A stretch of 32,690 nt of DNA from Coniocarpon cinnabarinum. Lineage: Eukaryota. Positions 1-10,527 of this stretch are shown piece after piece. The stretch is taken from positions 186,001 to 218,690 of the forward strand of contig JAVECO010000013.1 of the NCBI GenBank assembly GCA_051942205.1, read 5' to 3'. The position numbers and the translations under genes are program-made. The stretch's first letter is position 1. Each line of letters starts with the position of its first letter. The notes under the pieces were generated by a model. That model saw nothing but the letters and a program-made list of their open reading frames with translations. It ran no database searches and was not told the origin of the DNA.

Positions 1-1074
1 AGCTTGAAGGGGTTTGCAAAACACGGTGGGCCCGATCTTTCAGATGTTAAAGCAGCGAGTGAGACCAGCACCAGATTTTCGCATATCGGCTAACTGTGTC
101 AGTATCCTCAACCCGAGGCAAAAATGCTGGAAGCAGGGAACTTGGGCCGGTTTCGAGAGAGGAAAGCGAGCAGTACCGACACACTGACTCCTCATTCTCT
201 GAAGAAGAATGCAAGATGTGGACCAACGACTGTATACGACAAAGCATTTGAGCAACATCTCATTGACCACGGCATGTATCCCTACGGACAGGAGCCTACG
301 TATGAGAAAGAATTTCAAAATCCCAATAATATCGGTCAAATCAGCACCCAATTCAGTCGACGCAGATTATCCCTTTCTCCCTCTTGCTTTCCGCACGAGT
401 CGTTCGATGAGTTTGAGAGAGCAAACATCCGCGCCTATACTGAGGACGACGTCATAGCTACGGTCTGGCCTATAATTTTCGGAGGTGTGACGATCCCGTG
501 CTCACGCAACATAGAGTTCAACAACCTTGCCCCAGTTACCGACGGCGCCCTTTCAAAGGGTAAGCCGGGTTACTACGAAGGATCACCCCCAGAGGATGTA
601 AGGAAGCATGTGCGAGACGAGCTCGGAGATTACATTATTCCATGTACTGAGCTGAGCCGCCCCTGCCTGCCTAATTTTTTTGTAGAGGTAAACGGACCAG
701 AGGGCAATGGAAGAGTACTCCTACGACAAGCCTGCTACGCTGGAGTAATAGGCGCCCGGGCAATGCACAAAATACGGTCGTATGTCGATGATACGACGGC
801 ACTCGATGGTAATGCTTACACGCTTTGTTGGACGTACGACAGCAGTTCCGGCGTGCTGATAGCGTATGCATCTTATCCTACCGTGTCTAATCATCCGAAG
901 AGGGCAGTGGACTACCGCATGATCCGTCTGCACGCGTACGTATTAAGGGATAGCCCAGACAGTTTCCGCCGGGGCGTCAGTGCCTTCCGCAACGCCCGCG
1001 ACTGGGCACAAGAGCGGAGAAGAGAGCTCATCGATGCGGCGAACAAGACAAGGGTACCTGCATCACAAGCCTGA
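1..1074 (+). CDS. Fungal PD-(D/E)xK-like (restriction-endonuclease fold) hypothetical protein, 5'-truncated by the window edge; catalytic motifs appear substituted
   Basis: Frame 1 from base 1 reads SLKGFAKHGGPDLSDVKA, then a predicted 48-nt intron (55-102, GCGAGT...GCTAAC...CAG), then YPQPEAKM joining ORF 124..1074. Motifs FNNLAPVTDG, KPGYYEG, IIP...PCLPNFFVEVNGPEG, RQACYAGVIGARAM, FRNARDWA match my recollection of a widespread fungal family that normally has KPD and FxExK. Confidence 0.75.
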
Positions 1075-3208
1075 TCTTGTCTCTCAACGCGATTAAAGGG
1101 CTTTACTCCATCCCAAAAAGCTACCGAATCATCTCAGAGATCAGAGACGTCGGAGACGTGGGCATGGATGTTGCAAATCATGACTTGCTGTCGGAATCTA
1201 GGACTGTGTGCGTTAATGGCGTCAGAGGTGTCAGAAGAGGACGCTTGGACTTGTGCAGCTTCTCCAGGCGATGATGGTGACATTGAGGCATGTAACTTTA
1301 TGACGAGATGAATTGGCGTAGAGAGAAGGAAGAGCTGCCTTTCCAGAGCCGATTTAGTGGGTGTAGACGACGCCGTTGATCTCTCATCTCTCATCTCGGT
1401 GCGAGCTCTGATGACGGAGCTGGGCGACGATGGCGGCCAAGACTTCATTCGACTATTGACGGCGCATGAAGGAGAAGCTGTTTCGTGGTAGCCGGTAACT
1501 CGTGGAGACACTTGCGCTTCAGTGAGACGCGAGAGGCACCCTAATGATCTGTCATGTCATGACAGGAAATAAGGCCAGTAATCCAGGATGTTGATAGATA
1601 AAGAGTCGGTAACAGATCACTGCCCTCACTATCATTCGCATATTGTCAACTTTGAGATCCCTACGATAATGATAGGCTTAGTAGGAACGAATAGACTGGA
1701 GTAGCGGCGGGAGTAGCATGATCGCACTCGCCAACGCTTGCGTGCAGTGCTCGAGGTTTCCACGGGAGCATTGAGTGGTCATAATAGCAGTAGAATGGAA
1801 CTTGCACCTCGCTAAACGGACACGATATTTGGCTCAGAGGCCGAAACTAAACGTCAAAGACGACGCTTGGGACAGACTGTAGTAGTAGACACTAATAAGA
1901 ATAGAGGAGCTGATCATTAAAAGTGCAAGTCAAGGTAAGACGATTTCCACGACGCGAGAATGCGATGCATAAAGAATAATCGCAGTTCTAGACTTCTTCC
2001 TCTCTGATTCCGTCTCCGCAAAGAGCGACCCAGGTGAAAAGGAAGGCTCTCTGGCGAAACTTTCGAGGACGTCGTCGCAAGAGGCAGCTGTTAAGCGACT
2101 GGTTCTTCTCCAAGAAGGCGAGAGTACATGTGTGGCAAGCGCATGATTTGAGTCCAGGTTTCAACAGGCGGCTAAAGTACGAGGCGACGAATCAGTAAGA
2201 TATCAAGAAATGGCGAGGACAGGGGGGGGGGGCGGAGGGGGACCTGCAAAACAAGGCGACGAATGAGGGTAAAGTGCTTGGTATGTGTAAACCGAGAGCA
2301 TGTTGATCGAGGCCGAGATTCGCGACGCCAACCCTTCTCCCTAGGCCCACTCTCGAAGAGCATTGCATGGAAGAAAGGACAGTGAACGCCAGCAAAAATT
2401 TCGAGAATGTCGCCCCCAGAAGGAGAGACATACGCCGACAGCACCGCGATGTGCAAGGCAGGCCACCGACGCAGAAGACAACTATTCGTGAGCAGCTGTT
2501 TCTTCTCTAAGAAGCAAGTTAGTATAGGGCGAGCGCACGGACTAGGTCGCATTGGAAGTCCGCATTAGGAACGGGAGGGGAGAAAACGTACCAAGGTAAG
2601 TATGGGTCAGAAAGGAAGAAAGAAAGAAAAAGTTGAAGGCGAGGAAGAGAATAAGTATTCGTGCCAAGACCTCCAGCGCTAGTGCCCGACTGAGTCAAAT
2701 GTAATAAAGCATTGACTTCGGAAATTACGCATCTCTGCTCCGACCAGGCATCCAATGTCACGTGGTCTGCTAGCGATCTTGGAATCAACACCTTGGGTTG
2801 AGCAGGCATTGAGTATGAGCTGGCAACTCCTGGTCTCAGGAAGCTGAATGTAGGCAACCATAGTTTATTCGGCATTCACTCTCTTATCCCTTTTCTTTCG
2901 CAGTTTCAGCGAAACGTTAAAGTCTTCTGCAATTCTTGCGGTGGGTTAAGCAGTTGAACCTTGGATACCTCTTAGGGAGTCAGTACTCGATGAGTGACGG
3001 AGGCAGTTATTACATCACGACATACACGTAGGCAAGGGTTGACAAAACAGGCAGTTTCTGGATGCCAATGCCAGGCTCTGAGGTATTTCATGGATAATAC
3101 ATGCTTTCTTACAACGATCAGGTATCATTCCCAAACTCGTTCATACTTCCCCGGCTATGCAGATCATCCCCAAACCGTAACCATGCTCAAAAAGTAGTCC
3201 ATGCATTC

Positions 3209-4162
3209 TTACCCGCTCCAAGACGCAAGCTTCCTCAGGATCATGAAAATCAGTCCGACGGCAAACACTGCAATGGCCAGGTCCAGCCGATTTAGTATCA
3301 CATCGTCTTCTCGCCGCCGTGCAGGTCTTATCACAGCTTGTGTGGTTCTCGTCGGTCGAACAGCCTGTGACGATGCTATTGTGGGTCCTGATGTCGGCGA
3401 TAGAGTGGCTGGCTGTATTGGTGGTGATTGCGGGGGGTGCGCGATGGAGGGCGGTTCATCTCTCCTGCTTTCTGCCGGCTGCTCTGGAACCAGATCCCGC
3501 GCTTGCCCCTCTCTATTGGCTTCTGTCGCGTGCGAAGTATTCTTACTCGTTTGATCTGCTTCCTTCTGCTTCTCCATCTCATCCCGATATCCCAACCTCA
3601 ACTCCTCCGGCACATCCTCCGCGTCTTCCAATTTCCGTCCACCTTTCTCTGCTTCCAAGCTCTTCTCCTTCATTTCTTTCGCGATCTCTTCGTTAGTGCG
3701 GCCGCAGGTCCAGCATCGCCATGCTGCACTTTCTCGCGCGTATCGCTCTCTGACTTCTCTGCTTGCGTCTACTCCGCCCAGCTGGCCCTTGGCATCTCCT
3801 TCCATAAACGCACGGATAGCTACCAGTGCCGTCCGAATCCCCCAAGCAGGCTGCCAGCTCTCTTCATGATGCCCACTGATGCTCAAACAGATCTCACGAT
3901 TGACTTCGAACCGACCGGACGGCGTAAGAAAGCGGAATGAAGGCGGACGCAAGGGATATGTTTTTGGTAGAACGATACGGCCGTGGTAGAGACCTAAGGC
4001 GTATGGGGTAGACGGCGGGCCGCGGATCGTGAAATGCCATTCGAAGAGGTTTGTATCAAGCGGAGCTGCGGAGAAGTCTGGAGAGGGACTTGTGGACAGT
4101 TCGCGAGACTCGCGGAGGAGACGTTTAATAGTGGGGCTGCGTGTGTTCATAGACGCGGCCAT
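3209..4162 (-). CDS. Ubiquitin-conjugating enzyme E2, Ubc6/UBE2J1-like, C-terminal tail anchor
   Basis: Single-exon ORF, ATG at 4162 (MAASMNTRSPTIKRLLRE). UBC core EWHFTIRGPPSTPY..G.YHGRI..P..YPLRPP, active-site ICLSISGHH, WQPAWGIRTAL. C-terminal hydrophobic helix LDLAIAVFAVGLIFMIL. Confidence 0.93.
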   Translation of the reverse strand: MAASMNTRSPTIKRLLRESRELSTSPSPDFSAAPLDTNLFEWHFTIRGPPSTPYALGLYHGRIVLPKTYPLRPPSFRFLTPSGRFEVNREICLSISGHHEESWQPAWGIRTALVAIRAFMEGDAKGQLGGVDASREVRERYARESAAWRCWTCGRTNEEIAKEMKEKSLEAEKGGRKLEDAEDVPEELRLGYRDEMEKQKEADQTSKNTSHATEANREGQARDLVPEQPAESRRDEPPSIAHPPQSPPIQPATLSPTSGPTIASSQAVRPTRTTQAVIRPARRREDDVILNRLDLAIAVFAVGLIFMILRKLASWSG

Positions 4163-5315
4163 GAGGGAGCCGGGTGATCGAACAGAAGAATTCAAGATCT
4201 AGCTACTATTTTGACGTAGCTAAAACATAGGAAACCAAAGACATCAACAATTTGTGACAAGCAAATCGCCGCGGCAGAGCGGAATGTCGTCCTCTGTTCC
4301 GCAACTAGACGGATGTACACACATAAAACACAAGCACGTGACATGTCACGCTCATGTAATCGTGGCACCGTTACATCTTATACATGGATCTGTAAGGGCC
4401 TACTACCATCCTTTCTGGATGGATCAATGGAACACAAAATGATGTCAAAAAACTAGGCTTGCAACAGTTTCTGTGCCTCTGGCTTTGTGAGAGAAGCTGA
4501 TAATAACATTGTTTGGGATCGTGGGCTAGATCTACGCTTGCTTTCAGTCTTGAAAACGATTTGTGTTTGCCACCAGTAGGTGCGCGGACGGTGTCTACTT
4601 ATGTTTAAGTAAACAATGGTATTGATCAGTACTTTCTGGCGGACTGACTCGGTCTATGCATGGTTGCTCCACTGTTGCGCCCTGCAAGCGTAATTGAAGC
4701 AGATGACATGCACGGCAACATCTGCAACAGCGCTGCAGGCACTCTTCGACCACAGTAGCTCTTTTCTGGAGGGAGCGCGCGTAAGGAATCTATTGGTACA
4801 ATTACTTACTCAGGCTCAATTATCATAAACCATTGGAAGATGTAAAAAACATCTTTACACTTGAGATTGCGTACTCTACCTCATCACGACAATGTCTCTT
4901 TATTCAAAATACGCAATTCGCTCATGCAAAGGTTGTGAGCAAGATCTCTTATATGCCGCCGTTTGAAAATTCTTGAATACATTGAGAAAATTGTTTCATA
5001 ATTGCACGTCTTAGCTCAATTTATGAAATTTTTTTCACTGCGTTCAGTTGCCTTTCCTCAAATCGGCCTCAGAATATTTGCTTGTATGTCAGTCACGCAG
5101 GAGAAGGGATTCAATATGTAGAGGTGGAAAAATAGGTCCTGTGAGGGACCTAACTTATGAATACTATGAGAGTGAGATTCAGGGACTGTCCCCCTGAAAT
5201 GGAAGGGTTTCTGTTCTAAGAAATCTGTGATTAAGCCTTGCAGTAGCTGTTTGTGTAACAACCTAAAACAACCAGGCAACAAACATGTGAAAGAGCGAAA
5301 GACGTCATCTGGCAA

Positions 5316-5323
5316 TATATAAA
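5316..5323 (+). promoter_or_regulatory. Putative TATA box of the BTB gene
   Basis: TATATAAA about 95 nt upstream of ATG 5419, followed by a CT-rich tract typical of fungal core promoters. Confidence 0.5.
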
Positions 5324-5418
5324 TCATCTCAAGCTCCCACTTCACTCTTCTCCTCCAACTTCACATTTGACCTCCACACATCAAGCCACTTTCCTGCTTT
5401 TGCTATCCTCCAAACGAC

Positions 5419-6099
5419 ATGGCTAACGCTCAATTCAGTGAAGCACCCACCGCCGATACAGCGGCTGCAGAAAGGCCAATTACCATCGAAGTGGGTGAAC
5501 GTTCCTTCAAGACGCTCTCGTCTACCTTGACGGGAGAGTCGCCGTACTTCGCATCAAAACTTTCTGGACGATGGACGTCCGGCGGCTCAGACGATCCACG
5601 TTTGTTTATCGACGCAGACCCAGATATGTTCCGCCATGTTCTTCGTTACCTACAACATGGCACGTTTCCCTTGTTCTGGGACTCCGAAAAAGGCTTCGAC
5701 TATGGACGATATGCGATGCTATTGCAGGAAGCTCGCTATTTCGGAATCGATGCGTTGAGAAAGTGGATCCACGAAAAGAAATTCATCAACGCCGTGACCA
5801 TACATCATACGAGCGACGTCTTTGAAGGCACCCCGACTGGAATAACCAGACTTCCACCCGGCGAACAAGTTTCTGGAAACGTCAAGAAGACGTTTCATCC
5901 AGGTTGGGGGACTAAATTACGGTACCGCTGTCCCCGAGACATTTTGCAGCACCATGGAGACCCTAGTCGGTGCGGTCGTGCGTGCGATAAGGCGAAATCG
6001 GACGACATTCCACTCTACGAAAAGGTGCCGGTGCTGCACGTGTTCACGGCCACATCAGAAACAGTCGTGAACTTTGATGCATGCATGGTACGTTACTGA
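5419..6099 (+). CDS. BTB/POZ (KCTD/T1-type) domain protein with C-terminal Cys/His motif
   Basis: 226 aa single exon. ITIEVGERSFKTLSSTL..ESPYF, LFIDADPDMFRHVLRYL, LLQEARYFGI are KCTD-type BTB signatures. C-terminal YRCPRDILQHHGDPSRCGRAC. Confidence 0.88.
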   Translation: MANAQFSEAPTADTAAAERPITIEVGERSFKTLSSTLTGESPYFASKLSGRWTSGGSDDPRLFIDADPDMFRHVLRYLQHGTFPLFWDSEKGFDYGRYAMLLQEARYFGIDALRKWIHEKKFINAVTIHHTSDVFEGTPTGITRLPPGEQVSGNVKKTFHPGWGTKLRYRCPRDILQHHGDPSRCGRACDKAKSDDIPLYEKVPVLHVFTATSETVVNFDACMVRY

Positions 6100-6479
6100 A
6101 CTCCTGAAGTCTCAAGTGATCTCAGCTCACCAAGCCACAGCCTTGAAGCAAGCCAGCACCCAATAATTGCAGCCAATCGACGTCTCACTTGCGTATATGA
6201 TAATAACGGATTGCACGAAGTGCCCGTCAATTGGCTTTCAAAATCATTTTGAATCAGTGTGGCGGACTGCTATATAGTTAATTAAAGATGCAAACCAATT
6301 TCTACGTCATTCAGCGTCTTTCAGCTGCTTTTAGTTGTCTGTGAGGCCATCATGTGGCTGATTTAACGAATGGCTACTTTCAAGTTCTTTCTCACACAAT
6401 ACCTTACTCTTCTCAATCGTGCTCAGCTAATTGTAGGTCGAAATGACGCGTTCATTCGCAGCATCTCGTCTCAATGAGG

Positions 6480-7721
6480 TCAATCCTTGCGCTGAGCAGC
6501 CAACTCAACGTTGACCACATCTTCCAATGCGTCAAACATCGCGCGATGCGTCGGCAGCCAGCCAAGCTCCATCTTTGCGCGACTAGCCCTGCTCATACTA
6601 TTCGTGCCCCACAAAACAGCGCCATACGGATCAAATAAAGCCGCTTGCTCGGCGTGAAAGTGCTGCGGCGTGGCATCAGAAACGACGCCTTTGTCCTTTA
6701 GAATCTGGCCCAGCGCTGTTGACACGTCGCCCCACTTGAAATCTGCCTCATCAGATACGGTGAAGTAGTATCCATGCTCATTCCAACTCGCCGTCCCACC
6801 GCCCCGGGCCGCGGCCTCAGCCAACAAGAGAAAGACATTGCTCAAGTCTTGCACGTGGATCGCGCTCCAAAGTGACTGACCTTTGCCAACCTGGAAGACC
6901 TGCTTGCTCTCGATCATGGCCTTGGCCAGGGATGGCAACTGAATGCTTCGCGTGTTCCCGGTGCCACGAGACTGGCCATAGATCAATGGAGGACAGACAA
7001 TGGCTGTTTTCACTTTCTGAGTATCATTCTGACTGGCTGCGAAGACGAGCTCGTCGATGTTACGATGCGGAGCGTGGGGTGGAATGTGACGGATTTTATC
7101 AATGTCTTTGATGTCGTCCCAGATTTCGTTTGACGATTCGCCAAACGTCCCGTTGTCCATATCTGGGTACACAAGAACACCAGTGCCGGAGCAATGGATC
7201 AAGAAGCCTGGAGCTTGCGCAGAGTGCTGGCGGAGACCTTTGACCAGTGCGTTCGTCGCTGCCACATGGTCCGAGGAAGCCAGATCTAATTACAGCGTTC
7301 GTGAGTTCTATGCGCGCGGTGAAACAGATTGGGAGAGTTCTTACTGAGCACGATATCTGCATTCTTGGCCTCCTGCTCGAGCATAGCCGCGCTGTCGAGG
7401 TCTCCCTTAACGATCTCAATAGATGGATGAGCTTTGGACACTACGCTTCCCTTGGCCTTGACAGTGTATCAATATCAGTCCTTACAGGCAGGACAAGTAC
7501 ATTCAAACAGGTTAAATGTTCGCGAGCGCAGCGAGAAAGAGCGTGGACAGACTTACTTCATCTCTAACGAGTGCCCTATACTGCCAGTTCGGGTGAGCTT
7601 CCACAAGACGAGCCAAAGCGTCGCCTCCGACGTAGCCTGTTGCTCCAGTGCTACATCGTGGTCAGTCGTGCTTGCGTCGGGAAACGTTTTAAATGCCATA
7701 CAAAAACACTTTGGGAGTCAT
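6480..7721 (-). CDS. NAD(P)-dependent epimerase/dehydratase-like (atypical SDR) protein, 4 exons
   Basis: Exons 7721-7702, 7650-7557, 7456-7345, 7285-6480 splice in frame to MTPKVFFTGATGYVGGDAL (Rossmann GxxGxxG), then KGDLDS, FLIHCSGTG, TAIVCPPLIYGQSRG, IHVQDL, ELGWLP. Confidence 0.88.
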
Positions 7722-8293
7722 GATGCTTGCTGAGACTTTGAGCTTGCAATCAGCCTTGCTATTCTATGTTTGCTGTGTATTGAATTCGCAAATGAATGGA
7801 TTGAAGCTTCGAAGAATTTAAATAAGCCGAGCCATGAAAGGATGGTTATCTATTCACTCGAGATGATTCTATCATGGATTTACTTGCGCATTACAAATAT
7901 ATACACAGAGAAACAAGACGAATCTACGAGAGACACACTCGTTACGTTCTTTTGTCAGGAGCCATCGGAAAGCAGCTCCACGCATGACGTTTGAAGGCAC
8001 CTCTTCAGCACTGGTAGGGTGCGTCGCTGTATTGAATCTTCGGTTAGGGACTGGTCCTGATGGTAAGACGCAGTTAGGTACAACTTCATTGTCACCTCTG
8101 TGCTTTGTAATAGAGCTGAGCTGAAGTTCGAGAGTCAGCATGAGGTCAGGAGTGGAGCGACCGGAAGTGAGGCAATCGTGCAGAGCCCATGACTCGCAAT
8201 ATTTCCATCACGTCTATTACCCTTTTCGTCCATTTCCAGTCCTACAGCGAACTACTTGCTAGAATTTCATTAGAAATCACTCACAAGCACAGC

Positions 8294-9391
8294 ATGCCAC
8301 CCCTCCACGACTCTCTCCGCGCTCTAACCCTCCACACCCGTCCCTCCCTCTCATCCCCACGCCTCCTCCAATCCCATTGTACCCAAACCCGACACGCCTC
8401 TGTCCTCAATGACCTCCGCCCAATCCCAACCGCCATAAGGACACGCAAGCGCCTCGGCCGCGGTCCCGCCTCTGGCAAGGGAAAGACTTCCGGCCGCGGC
8501 CACAAAGGCCAAAAGCAGCACGGCAAGGTCCCCGCTGGGTTCCAAGGCGGGCAGACACCCGCGGAAGTGACGCATGGCCAGCGCGGCGCGCAGAGTACCG
8601 TCTTTAAACAGGATCTACGGACGCTGAATCTGGATCGAATTCAGAGTTGGGTTGATCAGGGACGATTGGATGCGGGACGGGCGATTACGGTGAGGGAGTT
8701 GCAGAAGAGTCGTTGTTTGCATGGGTATGGGGAGGGAGTCAAGTTGTTGGCGAGGGTATGTTGCATTGAAGCTTCATGGTTTTGTGGGGACTTGGAGGGC
8801 TAATGAAAATAGGATGCGCATGCTTTAAGGACGCCGATTCATATTGTGGTTTCGAGAGCTTCGGCCGCGGCGATTGCGGCTGTGGAGCAGGCAGGGGGAT
8901 CGGTGCAGACGAGATATTATACAAAGGCGTCTATTGGTCGGATTATGCAGGGGAAGACGCATCCGTGCCTCTCACGATTATCAGAAGGCGCATACCCAGA
9001 CACGCCACTCTCAGACAGCGCCGACTTGGACCCAAGTCAACCGTCTTTCGAAGAAGCATCCAACACCAACGCACCCGACATTTTCGCCACGCCGCCTTCA
9101 GAGACACAAGTCCAAGAAGGCAACTTTCTCCTGAGTTCCTACCCACGCCCACAAACCTATCGCTACCGCTTGCCCGACGCCTTCGCTCGTAAAGACCTTG
9201 AATACTACCGCGACCCGGCGCACCGCGGGTATCTAGCGTACCAGCTCCAGGAAGGCGCAGGACCAAGTCTATTCTTCAAGAGTCCGGAGGTGTTGAAAGA
9301 AGAAGCAGCGGAGCGGAAGCGCGCGAAGAGGAGGGCTGCCAGGGGTGAAGGAGCTCGAGAGGAGAAGTTTGACACGGGGAGAATCTGGTAG
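8294..9391 (+). CDS. MRPL10: Mitochondrial large-subunit ribosomal protein uL15m (yeast MrpL10/YmL10 orthologue), 2 exons
   Basis: ATG 8294 with an Arg/Ser/Leu-rich presequence. [49 protein letters not shown]. Intron 8756-8812 (GTATGT...GCTAAT...TAG). Exon 2 has [19 protein letters not shown] and [15 protein letters not shown]. Confidence 0.93.
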
Positions 9392-10527
9392 GACGTGCTT
9401 CAGAAGTCAGCGGGATCCGAGATGTGTGCGATTGGCATGTGTACGATATAACACTGTACAGCTAGTAGTCAGGTATTGGTTCTTTTTAGAATCGCTACCG
9501 TTGGACTCTTGCTTTTTCATCACCATTCCTCGATCTAGACCTATCAAAAGTATGGATGTAGAGAGAAGGAGGCGCTAACGCTACTACCTGACCCTGCAGC
9601 TTTCCTACAGCTTCATTTACGTGTACAACACCACACCGCACTGTGTTTCTAGAGCTACAGAAGTCGATCAAATAACATTTAGGTAAAAATCGGAGTCGAT
9701 ATCGATGCTCCAGCGCTGACGTTACGGCGGATATCGATTCGCCTATTTCGTAATCGAAAATATTCACATCGAGATTCGAAGCCCTGTAGAAACTGCAAGT
9801 ACTCCTCGTATGCAAGCGTACGCCGTCGAAGCACACCGCCAAAATAGCAAATTGCACTTCTCTTTTCTTGCATTGTAAAGTTCTCTTACACAACAGGCCG
9901 ATCATCGTTTAGTGTTCTATGTGTCTATCACGTACCTCTGTGGCAGCGGTGAAGCAAGAGAATGCTGCAGCACGTTCCACCTCTGTCATATTGTCTATAC
10001 ACCTTCCAAAAGCCAAAAGATATGAAAGTCATGATGTGTTGGATACACAAAGTTTCTTTGATACTGCAGAGTACCACGAGCTTTGGATAGCGATGCGTGT
10101 CCGCATAAATGCAAATAGAGATTCGAGTGTGCTATTCTGGCTCCAGGGGAGCATAAGGTGGGTAATGCGCTCTGCTGCAGCAAGAGCAAGACGTCGAGCG
10201 CTGTTTGCATTCGGAAAAGAAGCTTGTTGAGCTCTCAGGTCTCCGATCACTTCGCTACCCGACTTACGTGCTGGCACGTATTCTGCGCCATGCTAAATGC
10301 CGTGAAAGAGGCAGAGGAAGAATGTTCTTCTTCTGAACTGATGTAGCGAGATGGCTATCACCGGGATCGCCTCGCTTGGTCGTTCCTTCGTTACGCTAAT
10401 GTACAGCAGGAATACAACACACTCGCTGGTATGTTTCAACTGTCTTTTTCACAAAATCTACTCCAGCCACTCCATGCCATTCCGACTCTCGCCTCCGCGC
10501 CCCCTTCCTCCGCCGATGTACCCAAAC

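Noticed and set aside
2585..2604. Minus strand ATACTTACCTTGG resembling the U1 snRNA 5' end
   Set aside because: No U1 loop I/loop II (GATCA, CATTGCAC) or Sm site downstream; it is simply the complement of a consensus splice donor.
8189..8293. Upstream in-frame extension of uL15m from ATG 8189
   Set aside because: ATG 8294 begins a typical mitochondrial presequence; the upstream part looks like a CT-rich leader.
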